A stretch of 24,000 nt of DNA, taken from Stellaceae bacterium. GTDB lineage: Bacteria; Pseudomonadota; Alphaproteobacteria; ATCC43930; CGMCC-115725. The stretch is taken from the NCBI GenBank assembly GCA_035604615.1, contig DATNID010000048.1, positions 9,681-33,680 on the forward strand. Direction: 5' to 3'. Below, one piece after another: positions 1-7,209 of this stretch. Position 1 is the stretch's first letter. Each line of letters starts with the position of its first letter. The notes under the pieces were generated by a model, which saw nothing but the letters and a program-made list of their open reading frames with translations, made no database searches and was not told the origin of the DNA. Position numbers and translations under genes: made by a program.

Positions 1-384
1 CTGGCGGCGATAGCGCTCCTCGAGCATCGCCGCGAGGTTGGTCGCGACCCCGGTCATGCGCCGCGCACCCAGCGCCTCGACCCGGGCCTGCTCGACCCCC
101 TCGAAGATCGCGCGCGCGGTCTCGCCGGCAGGCGCGCGCTTCGCATGGACCGCGGCGTCGTGATATTTGAGCCTGAGCGCCAGGGCGTCGGCCGCGCCCC
201 GCACCGGCGCCGCCTCGCGCTCGCTAAGATCGCGACCCGGCAGCGGCAGGCGCACGCGCGTGCCGGCGGCGCCGGCGGGCTCGGCGCCATAGGTCACGGT
301 CACGTCGTCGCGCTCGGCGATGGCGCGGAGCGTCGCGGCGGTGGAGCGCTTGAAAGCCTCGATCGGCGTGTCGGTTTCGGCCAT
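1..384 (-). CDS. cobT: Cobaltochelatase subunit CobT-family protein, N-terminal 128 codons. The gene runs off the left edge of the window.
   Basis: ATG at 384 on the minus strand, 4 nt after the cobS stop. The frame stays open to position 1. Translation: MAETDTPIEAFKRSTAATLRAIAERDDVTVTYGAEP...GVATNLAAMLEERYRRQ, which resembles the CobT N-terminus. It is missing from the ORF track because there is no stop codon in the window. Confidence 0.8.
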   Translation of the reverse strand, partial: MAETDTPIEAFKRSTAATLRAIAERDDVTVTYGAEPAGAAGTRVRLPLPGRDLSEREAAPVRGAADALALRLKYHDAAVHAKRAPAGETARAIFEGVEQARVEALGARRMTGVATNLAAMLEERYRRQ

Positions 385-388
385 GGCG

Positions 389-1393
389 TTACATCAGGGT
401 GGCGCGGACCCCGGTCTCCTTCAACTCGGTGCCGAAACAGCGCTGGTAGTATTCGGCCACCGTGGCGCGCTCGACCTCGTCGCACTTGTTGAGGAAGGTG
501 AGGCGGAAGGCGAAGGACACGTCGTTGAAGATGCGCACGTTCTCGGCCCAGGTGATGACCGTGCGCGGCGACATGACGGTGGAGATGTCGCCGTTCATGA
601 AGCCCGAGCGGGTGAGATCGGCGAGCGCCACCATGGCGCGCACCATGCGGCGGCCCTCCTCGTTGTCGTAATGCGGCACCTTGGCGAGGACGATCTCGAT
701 CTCGGCGTCGGCCTGCAGGTAGTTGAGCGTCGCGACGATGTTCCAGCGGTCCATCTGACCCTGGTTGATCTGCTGCGTACCGTGATAGAGCCCGGTGGTG
801 TCGCCCAGCCCCACCGTGTTGGTGGTCGAGAACAGGCGGAAATAGGGATGCGGGCGGATGACGCGGTTCTGGTCCAGAAGCGTGAGCTTGCCGTCGACCT
901 CAAGCACGCGCTGGATCACGAACATCACGTCGGGCCGGCCGGCGTCGTACTCGTCGAACACCAGCGCCATCGGATGCTGGATCGCCCACGGCAGCAGCCC
1001 CTCGCGGAACTCGGTCACCTGGCGGCCCTCGACCAAAACGATCGCGTCCTTGCCGACCAGATCGATGCGGCTGATATGGCTGTCGAGGTTGATGCGGATG
1101 CAGGGCCAATTGAGATGCGCGGCCACCTGCTCGATATGGGTCGACTTGCCGGTGCCGTGATAGCCCTGGATCATGACGCGGCGGTTGTAGGCAAAGCCCG
1201 CGAGGATCGCGAGCGTCGTGTCGCGGTCGAAGCGATAGGCCTCGTCGATGTCGGGGACATGCTCGCCGGCCTGCGAGAAGGCCGGCACCTGCATGTCGGA
1301 ATCGATGCCGAAGGTTTGCCGCACCGACAGCGTGATGTCGGGCCGGTCGAGGGGGAAGAGCGGGGACGCGTTGGAGATATCTGCCGGTGCCAT
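389..1393 (-). CDS. cobS: Cobaltochelatase subunit CobS (AAA+ MoxR-class ATPase)
   Basis: 334 aa. Walker A motif [16 protein letters not shown]. Full-length resemblance to aerobic CobS, including [39 protein letters not shown] and [11 protein letters not shown]. Confidence 0.93.
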   Translation of the reverse strand: MAPADISNASPLFPLDRPDITLSVRQTFGIDSDMQVPAFSQAGEHVPDIDEAYRFDRDTTLAILAGFAYNRRVMIQGYHGTGKSTHIEQVAAHLNWPCIRINLDSHISRIDLVGKDAIVLVEGRQVTEFREGLLPWAIQHPMALVFDEYDAGRPDVMFVIQRVLEVDGKLTLLDQNRVIRPHPYFRLFSTTNTVGLGDTTGLYHGTQQINQGQMDRWNIVATLNYLQADAEIEIVLAKVPHYDNEEGRRMVRAMVALADLTRSGFMNGDISTVMSPRTVITWAENVRIFNDVSFAFRLTFLNKCDEVERATVAEYYQRCFGTELKETGVRATLM

Positions 1394-1455
1394 GATCGCT
1401 TCGATGGTTGTTGGTGTGAATGGGCTGAGTAGGTCGGGTCCTGGCGCCAGGGGCG

Positions 1456-2025
1456 TCAGGGGAAATAGCTCGCTTTCAAGGTCGCGTAGGCGAGGTTGAC
1501 GATCTTGAGCCGTTCCTCGGCCGCCTTGTCGCCACCGTGCACGTCGGGATGGTTGAGCTTGACCAGCTCCTTATAGCGCGCCTTGAGGCCGACCAGGGTA
1601 AGCGGCGGCATCAGGTTGAATATAGCGAGCGCCTGGTCCTGCGGCGAGGCCGTGCGGCGGCGGTGCTCGGCGCGGCGCTCGGTGGGCCCGTCGTCGTCGT
1701 CGAGGCCGAACATGCCATAGTCGCGGAAGCGCGGCGCATAGCGCATGCCGGCGCGGGTCCCCATCGGCCAGGTCGGCCGCTGCCACACGGTGTCGTTGCG
1801 GATCTCGCGCTCGATCTCCTGCGCGCTCATGCCGGCATAGAAATTCCAGGCCGAGTTGTAGGAGCGCACATGCTCGAGGCAGAACCAATGGAACAGATCG
1901 AGCGACACGCGCGAGCGCGGGGCGCGGAAATCGCCGGTCCCGGCGCAGCCCGGATGGTCGCACCCCCGCACCGGCGGATCAGACCGCTTCGTCGCTCCAT
2001 CCTCGATGCGCATACGAACCATCAT
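1456..2025 (-). CDS. J-domain (DnaJ-like) protein with an N-terminal Cys/His region
   Basis: 189 aa. C-terminal J domain: [38 protein letters not shown], with the HPD motif. N-terminal CDHPGC...FHWFCLEHV. It lies directly upstream of cobS on the same strand. Start could be either of the tandem ATGs (2025 or 2022) or the ATG at 2013. Confidence 0.85.
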   Translation of the reverse strand: MMVRMRIEDGATKRSDPPVRGCDHPGCAGTGDFRAPRSRVSLDLFHWFCLEHVRSYNSAWNFYAGMSAQEIEREIRNDTVWQRPTWPMGTRAGMRYAPRFRDYGMFGLDDDDGPTERRAEHRRRTASPQDQALAIFNLMPPLTLVGLKARYKELVKLNHPDVHGGDKAAEERLKIVNLAYATLKASYFP

Positions 2026-2041
2026 AGCAGTATGTCGGCTG

Positions 2042-2060
2042 GCCTTGTGACTGACAAGGC
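2042..2060. promoter_or_regulatory. Inverted repeat GCCTTGT-N5-ACAAGGC in the divergent J-domain/bolA intergenic region
   Basis: Read directly: gccttgtgactgacaaggc, with 7-bp perfect arms. It sits between the two divergently transcribed genes. Its function (operator or 5'-UTR stem) is not established. Confidence 0.25.
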
Positions 2061-2123
2061 TTGCACAGCGGCCTTGCGCAATGCTTGACCGCGGCGTCCG
2101 GTCGCGCCACCTTCGCGGTGCTC

Positions 2124-2405
2124 ATGTCCATGGCCGAACGCATCCGCGCCAAGCTCGAGGCCGGCCTCAAGCCGGCGCGGATCGAGATCATCGACGACTC
2201 CCATCGCCACCAGGGCCATGCCGGCGCACGCCCCGGCGGCGAGACCCATTTCCGGGTCGAGATCGTGGCCGCGTCCTTCGCCGGCCTGAGCCGGATCGAG
2301 CGGCAGCGTTCGGTCTATGCCCTCCTCGCCGACGAGATGGCCGAGCGGGTCCACGCCCTCCAGCTCGTCACCATGGCCCCGGGCGAAAAAGGCGCCGCCG
2401 GTTAG
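2124..2405 (+). CDS. bolA: BolA-family protein
   Basis: Translation MSMAERIRAKLEAGLKPARIEIIDDSHRHQGHAG...THFRVEIVAASFAGLSRIERQRSVYALLADEMAERVHALQL matches the BolA pattern. The track ORF begins at 2061, but the conserved N-terminus favours ATG 2124 or 2130. Confidence 0.88.
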   Translation: MSMAERIRAKLEAGLKPARIEIIDDSHRHQGHAGARPGGETHFRVEIVAASFAGLSRIERQRSVYALLADEMAERVHALQLVTMAPGEKGAAG

Positions 2406-2430
2406 CCTGCAACCCCGCACTACAGCCATC

Positions 2431-2470
2431 AATTGTAATGTTTGAACAATTATCATGTATTAGTTGTATT
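2431..2470 (+). promoter_or_regulatory. AT-rich putative promoter/operator upstream of the ribbon-helix-helix gene
   Basis: AATTGT-N9-ACAATT inverted repeat at 2431-2451. Possible sigma70-like elements: TTGAAC (2442-2447), a 17-nt spacer, then TGTATT (2465-2470). The tract is strikingly AT-rich against a GC-rich background. Confidence 0.3.
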
Positions 2471-2497
2471 TTGAGTGGAATCGGCTACACTTACGAA

Positions 2498-2824
2498 ATG
2501 ACCTACCATTCGGACTGTCGGTCGGCGACCGAAGCCGGTGCGCACGACCCACACTGCTCCCTCCTCAACCGCAACGTCACGGTCGACGGTCACCGCACCA
2601 GCGTGCGGCTCGAGCCGGCGATGTGGGCGGCGCTGCACGAGGTGTGCCGGCGCGAGCATGCCAGCCTGCGCCAGATCGTGACCCACATCGCCCGGATGCG
2701 CACGGAATCCACCCTCACCTCGGCCATCCGCGTCTATCTGCTGTGCTATTTCCAGTCCGCCGCAACCGAGACCGGCCATGTCGGCGCCGGCCACGGCGCC
2801 GCGCTGCAGCACCTGCGGGCGTGA
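2498..2824 (+). CDS. Ribbon-helix-helix domain protein (RHH_4-type)
   Basis: 108 aa. The core RNVTVDGHRTSVRLEPAMWAALHEVCRREHASLRQIVTHIARMR...LTSAIRVYLL fits the RHH_4 pattern (GH.TS+.LE..FW.AL..I....SL..L...ID......NLSSA+R+F+L). An in-frame upstream ATG at 2438 uses AT-rich codons and is less likely. Confidence 0.75.
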   Translation: MTYHSDCRSATEAGAHDPHCSLLNRNVTVDGHRTSVRLEPAMWAALHEVCRREHASLRQIVTHIARMRTESTLTSAIRVYLLCYFQSAATETGHVGAGHGAALQHLRA

Positions 2825-2827
2825 GCT

Positions 2828-3394
2828 TCAGCCGCCGTCGTAGGAGGCCGGGTAGAGCTGCTTGACCACGTCCTGCTTGCTCGACCAGCCGTGGCAGGTG
2901 TTGATCAGGCGCGGACCGCGCGACGGCCGCGGGGCGGTGGGCTCGCCGCTTTGGCGCCGCAGCCGTTCGCGATAAGGATATATGGTCTGGAAGGCGGTGG
3001 TTGCAACCGGCCCCAGCATCTCGACCAGATGGGTGCAGCCCTCGACGCCGCCGAGCAGATCCTTCACCTTGGCGTGAAAGCCGGGCCGGATGCTCAGCCC
3101 CTTGAGGCGCGCGAAATTGCCGGTGATGCCGCCGCAGATGGGGAACGGACTGTGATCGGTCACCGCCTCGACGTCGCGGATGACGAGCTCGTCGTCGACG
3201 ACGAGGCGGAGCCACATCTGGTGCACCGGCGTGCCCGACGCCACCGTGCCGCGGAACTGCGAATCGAAATCGTAGCTCTTGGTGTCGGTGAGATGGCCCT
3301 CGATGTCCCACATTCCGTCGGCGCGGCGGAAGCCGTTGCACACGACGTGACGGGTATGAATGGGCTCGCGCGCGGTAGGCGGGGACAGCGGCAT
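2828..3394 (-). CDS. DUF2889-family protein
   Basis: 188 aa starting at ATG 3394, with GAGAGG 6 nt upstream. Motifs HTRHVVC, PFPICGG, GVEGCTHLVEMLGPVATTAFQ and INTCHGW are as I recall for DUF2889. The track ORF 2828..3925 is an artefactual upstream extension into aroB. Confidence 0.75.
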   Translation of the reverse strand: MPLSPPTAREPIHTRHVVCNGFRRADGMWDIEGHLTDTKSYDFDSQFRGTVASGTPVHQMWLRLVVDDELVIRDVEAVTDHSPFPICGGITGNFARLKGLSIRPGFHAKVKDLLGGVEGCTHLVEMLGPVATTAFQTIYPYRERLRRQSGEPTAPRPSRGPRLINTCHGWSSKQDVVKQLYPASYDGG

Positions 3395-3428
3395 GAGGCG
3401 CCTCTCGTCCAGTGACGGGCGACCCTCT

Positions 3429-4574
3429 TTAGACGGCACCTGCCTGCGGTGCCAGCGATTTCGCGGTCTCCGCCACGAGGAAGTCACGTAGCAGACCTTC
3501 GGGAATTTCGGGGCTAATGAAGGCGTCGCCGATGTCGCGGGCGAGGATGAGCGTGATCCTGCCGTCCCGCACTTTCTTGTCGTGGCGCATGTGGCGCAGG
3601 AGCGCGTCCGCCGCGAAGGGCCGCGCGTTGGCGATCTGGCCGAGCGCGACCGGCAGCCCCACCGCCTGGTAATGGCGGCGCACGCGGTGCGCCGCCTCGG
3701 CCGAGCCGATGCCGAGCCGCGCCGAGAGATCGAACGCGAGCCGCATGCCCAGCGCCACCGCCTCGCCGTGCAGCAGCGCGTCGCCGAACCCGGTCTCGGT
3801 CTCGAGCGCGTGACCGAAAGTGTGGCCGAAATTGAGCAGCGCGCGCTCGCCCTCCTCGCGCTCGTCGGCGGCGACGACGACGGCCTTGGCGGCGCAGCTC
3901 TTGAGTACGGCGACGCGGCGCGCATCGCCGTCGCCCTCGACCAGCGCCGGCCCGTGCACCTCGAGCCATTCGAAGAAGGCGCGGTCGCGAATGAGGCCGT
4001 ACTTCACCACCTCGGCATAGCCCGCGAGCAGCTCGCGCCGCGGCAAGGTCGCGAGCGTGTCCATGTCCGCGAGCACCAGCACCGGCTGGTGGAACGCGCC
4101 CACCAGATTCTTGCCGTGAATCGTGTCGATCGCGGTCTTGCCGCCGACCGAGCTGTCCACCTGCGCCAGGAGCGTGGTCGGAATCTGCACATAGGCCAGG
4201 CCGCGCAGCAAAGTCGCGGCGGCGAACCCGGTCAAGTCGCCGACCACGCCGCCGCCCAGCGCCACCAAGGTCGTGCGTCGCTCGATCCCGAAGCCGAGAA
4301 TATCCTCGGCGAGCTTCTGGAAATGGGCGAAATCCTTGGTCTGCTCGCCGGGCGGCAGCACCACGGACTGATGCGCGATGCCGGCACGGTCGAGCGCGGC
4401 CTCCAGACGCTGCAAATGCAGCGCCGCGACGGTCGCGTCGGTCACCACCACGACGCGGGCTTGGCGCAGCACCGGCTGCATCAGCGCGCCCGCCTGATCG
4501 ATGAGGCCGGAGCCGACCACGATGTCGTAGGCGCGGTCGCCCAGCTCGACGCGCAGGCGCTCGGGCCCGCTCAT
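3429..4574 (-). CDS. aroB: 3-dehydroquinate synthase
   Basis: 381 aa starting at ATG 4574. Motifs GGGVVGDLTGFAAAT, VQIPTTLLAQVDSSVGGKTAI, LNFGHTFGHALE and HGEAVALGM. The start overlaps the aroK stop (ATGA). Confidence 0.93.
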   Translation of the reverse strand: MSGPERLRVELGDRAYDIVVGSGLIDQAGALMQPVLRQARVVVVTDATVAALHLQRLEAALDRAGIAHQSVVLPPGEQTKDFAHFQKLAEDILGFGIERRTTLVALGGGVVGDLTGFAAATLLRGLAYVQIPTTLLAQVDSSVGGKTAIDTIHGKNLVGAFHQPVLVLADMDTLATLPRRELLAGYAEVVKYGLIRDRAFFEWLEVHGPALVEGDGDARRVAVLKSCAAKAVVVAADEREEGERALLNFGHTFGHALETETGFGDALLHGEAVALGMRLAFDLSARLGIGSAEAAHRVRRHYQAVGLPVALGQIANARPFAADALLRHMRHDKKVRDGRITLILARDIGDAFISPEIPEGLLRDFLVAETAKSLAPQAGAV

Positions 4575-5128
4575 GACGCGAGCGCCGCGACGCCGAGCCA
4601 CGACGCGAGCGCCGCGACGATGCTCTCGAGCGTCGCCTCGGGCGGACCCTCGAGTGTGTCGATGACGATGTCCGCCTCGGCGTAGATCGGATGGCGCTCG
4701 GCCGCCAGCCGCTCCAGCACCGCGCGGGGATCGCCGCCCTTGAGCAGCGGGCGGTTGTTGCGCCGCGTCACCCGCGCGAGCAGCAGCTCGACATCGGCGC
4801 GGAGCCAGACGGTAATCGCACGCTCGCGCATCAGGGCACGAGTCGCGGGGTCCATGAAGGCGCCGCCGCCGGTCGCGAGCACGTGGACCGGCCCTTCGAG
4901 CAGCCGGGCGATGACGCGCCGCTCGCCCTCGCGGAAGGCAGCCTCTCCGTGGCGCTCGAAAATCTCCTCCACGGTGGCGCCGGCCGCCGCCTCGATCTCG
5001 GCGTCGGCGTCGATGAACGGCACCTTGAGGCGCTGCGCGAGACGCCGGCCGATGCTCGACTTTCCGGCCCCCATGAGGCCGACGAGCGCGACCGTGCGCG
5101 GCAGCGAAATGGCGGCCGCGGCGGTCAT
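4571..5128 (-). CDS. aroK: Shikimate kinase
   Basis: 185 aa starting at ATG 5128. P-loop VALVGLMGAGKSSIGRRLA, FIDADAEIE and VLATGGGAF. An alternative ATG at 5173 would add 15 aa. The track ORF 4571..5485 over-extends upstream. Confidence 0.88.
   Translation of the reverse strand: MTAAAAISLPRTVALVGLMGAGKSSIGRRLAQRLKVPFIDADAEIEAAAGATVEEIFERHGEAAFREGERRVIARLLEGPVHVLATGGGAFMDPATRALMRERAITVWLRADVELLLARVTRRNNRPLLKGGDPRAVLERLAAERHPIYAEADIVIDTLEGPPEATLESIVAALASWLGVAALAS
4572..4619. repeat. In-frame direct duplication with a 27-nt period at the aroK/aroB junction
   Basis: The 21-mers at 4572-4592 (catgacgcgagcgccgcgacg) and 4599-4619 (cacgacgcgagcgccgcgacg) differ at one base. In aroK this encodes VAALAS-WLG-VAALAS-stop. 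Confidence 0.85.
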
Positions 5129-5336
5129 CGCCACGCCCGCTTGCCCGGTCCCGGCGCGGCCCTGGCGGCGCATCGCGCACGATCCGCGCACGCGTTTGCC
5201 CTGGAAAGCCGGCCGGCGCCTCCGATAGACTGCCGCAGATTCGCCATGACGCAACCCTAGCATATCCGCCGGTACCATCGCCAATTGGTCGATGCTCGAG
5301 CGGCTTGGCTTCGATTGCGCAGGACCTTGAGTAGCC

Positions 5337-5477
5337 ATGGGAAAGATCGTTCTGATCGGCGTCGGCCTGCTGATGGTGGTGATCGCCGGCGGCATCGGTG
5401 TCCTCGCGATGATGGACATCCCGGCACCCAGCGCGCATGTGGAACACGTGCTTCCCGATGCGCGCTTCCCGCACTGA
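5337..5477 (+). CDS. Small single-pass membrane protein (46 aa), unannotated
   Basis: Below the track's size cutoff. Translation: MGKIVLIGVGLLMVVIAGGIGVLAMMDIPAPSAHVEHVLPDARFPH. It has one clear hydrophobic helix and G/C-rich third codon positions like neighbouring genes. The Shine-Dalgarno is weak. Its 3' end overlaps the next gene's start by 20 nt. Confidence 0.5.
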   Translation: MGKIVLIGVGLLMVVIAGGIGVLAMMDIPAPSAHVEHVLPDARFPH

Positions 5478-7209
5478 GTCGGCACCGCGACCGATCTCCC
5501 TCGGCGCGCTGATCGCAGCCGCGGTCACGGCCGCGCTCCCGGCCGCGGCGCAGTTAGGGCCGCCCGTCTCACTCGTTCCCCGGCCCTCCGCAAGCCGCCC
5601 CGCCGCTCCCGCCCCGGCGCAAGCGCCCGCTTCGCCCAAGGTTGCAGCGCCGCGCGGCATCGAGGCCCAGCCGCTCTCGCCGACCGACGCCGCCTGGGCC
5701 GGCACGCTCGGCGAGGACCAGGGCGCCTTTCCGGTCAACATGTGGCGCGGCACGCAGCGCTCGCTGGTGGCATCGGCGCTGCCGCTCTTGCAGCCCTCGT
5801 CCTCGCCCGCGCTTCAAGACCTGGCGCGGCGGCTGCTCCTGAGCAACGCGGTCTCGCCCGCCGGCCCCGACGCGCCCGACCGGCCGAGCCTCGCCGCGTC
5901 GCGGCTCGAGCGGCTGATGGCGCTGGGCGATGTCCAGGGCGCGCTGGCGATGATGGACTCGCTGCCGGCCGATCCCAAGGGCGACGGCATGGACCGCATG
6001 CGCGTCGAGCTGCGCTTTGCCGCCAACGACGCGAAGGGCGCGTGCCAGAGCGTTGCGGACGGCATTGCGCACTACAAGAACGCGTGGTGGGATCGCGCGC
6101 TCGTCGCCTGCCAGGCGCTCGCCGGCGACGGCGCCAAGGCGGCGCTGGGCCTGAGCCTGCTCAAGGAGCAGAAGGCGCCGGCCGATGCCGCCTTCGACGC
6201 CTTGATCGACGCGCTCGGCGGGCGCCCGCGCAAGATCGACAAGCTCGCCGATGCGTCGCCGATGCGGGTCGCGTTGCTCGCCGCGGCAAAGCAGCCCTTG
6301 CCGGCGGAGGTGCTGGCCGCGGCCGGGCCGGCGTCGCTCCTGGCCTACGCGTCGAGCGAATCCGTACCGGCCGAACGGCGCCTCGCCGCAGCCGAGCGCG
6401 CGGCTCTCCTGGGCGCGCTCGCGCCCGATGCGCTGGGCGCGCTCTACCGGCAGATCCAGTTCAAGCCCGAGGAGCAGACCGCCGCGCTGGCCGAGGGCAA
6501 GCTGCCGCAGGACGCCAAGTCCCGGGCCATCCTCTATGACATCGCGCGCTCCGGCGCCTCGACGCAGACGCGCGAGGCGGCGATCGCGGCGCTCTTCGCC
6601 GAAGCGAAGAAGCGCGGCGCCTTTCCGCTTGCCGCGCGCCTCATCGCGCCGGCGCTCAGCGAATTCAATCCAGCCGACGGATCGTCTGCCTTCGCGGCCG
6701 ACGCGGCGCGCGCCTTGCTGGTCACGGGCGCGGCCGATGCGGCGCCGGCCTGGATCGACAGCGCCGACAGCAGGGCGCTGGCGATGCTGAGCAGCCTCGC
6801 ACTGCCGTCCGGCGGCGAAGGCCAGGACGCCGCGTCGCTGCTGCACGACACGATCGCCGAGCTCGCGAGCCGCAATGCCGGCGCGGCGCCGGCCCAGGCC
6901 GATTTGCTGGTGGCGCTCGCCGGCGCGTTGGACCAACCGATCGGCGCGCTCGACTGGTCGCCGCTGATGGCGCCGCCGCACGACGCCAAGATGCCGAGCA
7001 CGGCGTTGTGGCTCGATCAGCAGCAGGCGATGACGGCGAAGCGGGTCGGCGAGACCGCGCTCACCAGCATCCTGCTCGTCGGCGCGGGCGAGCAACTGTC
7101 GCTCGAACCCATCCTGCTGGCCCGCGCCATCGCCGGCCTGCGCGCCATTGGCTGCGAGTCCGACGCGCGCGCGCTCGCCCTCGAGGCGGCCATTGACGCG
7201 GGCATCTGA
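5458..7209 (+). CDS. Secreted Ala/Leu-rich protein of unknown function
   Basis: 583 aa from ATG 5458. Signal-peptide-like N-terminus MRASRTESAPRPISLGALIAAAVTAALPAAAQ. The rest is Ala/Leu-rich and probably helical-repeat-like. The antisense ORF 5569..7299 is Arg-rich and judged a shadow. An alternative start is ATG 5437. Confidence 0.75.
   Translation: MRASRTESAPRPISLGALIAAAVTAALPAAAQLGPPVSLVPRPSASRPAAPAPAQAPASPKVAAPRGIEAQPLSPTDAAWAGTLGEDQGAFPVNMWRGTQRSLVASALPLLQPSSSPALQDLARRLLLSNAVSPAGPDAPDRPSLAASRLERLMALGDVQGALAMMDSLPADPKGDGMDRMRVELRFAANDAKGACQSVADGIAHYKNAWWDRALVACQALAGDGAKAALGLSLLKEQKAPADAAFDALIDALGGRPRKIDKLADASPMRVALLAAAKQPLPAEVLAAAGPASLLAYASSESVPAERRLAAAERAALLGALAPDALGALYRQIQFKPEEQTAALAEGKLPQDAKSRAILYDIARSGASTQTREAAIAALFAEAKKRGAFPLAARLIAPALSEFNPADGSSAFAADAARALLVTGAADAAPAWIDSADSRALAMLSSLALPSGGEGQDAASLLHDTIAELASRNAGAAPAQADLLVALAGALDQPIGALDWSPLMAPPHDAKMPSTALWLDQQQAMTAKRVGETALTSILLVGAGEQLSLEPILLARAIAGLRAIGCESDARALALEAAIDAGI

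Noticed and set aside
1394-1455. Cobalamin riboswitch or other leader upstream of cobS.
   Set aside because: The spacer is only 62 nt and is directly preceded by the co-oriented J-domain gene. No B12-box-like element is visible.
2431-2475. Possible dif (XerCD) site in the AT-rich tracts, considered because xerD is in the window. The tract at 17951..17972 was also checked.
   Set aside because: Neither tract shows the two 11-nt arms around a 6-nt spacer of the dif consensus. dif is not expected next to xerD anyway.
2438-2497. Upstream in-frame ATG that would extend the RHH protein by 20 aa (MFEQLSCISCILSGIGYTYE).
   Set aside because: The codons are overwhelmingly A/T-ending, unlike every confident gene here, and the segment coincides with the promoter/operator-like tract. 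It is kept only as an alternative start.
3429-5753. Giant fused ORFs in the track: 3429..5753, 10565..14533, 20147..22987, 2828..3925 and 2081..2824.
   Set aside because: Only the C-terminal part of each matches a real protein (aroB, degP, pqiB, DUF2889, RHH). The upstream portions are Arg-rich read-through in a different frame over neighbouring genes. Internal ATGs with Shine-Dalgarno sequences and ATGA overlaps give normal-length proteins.
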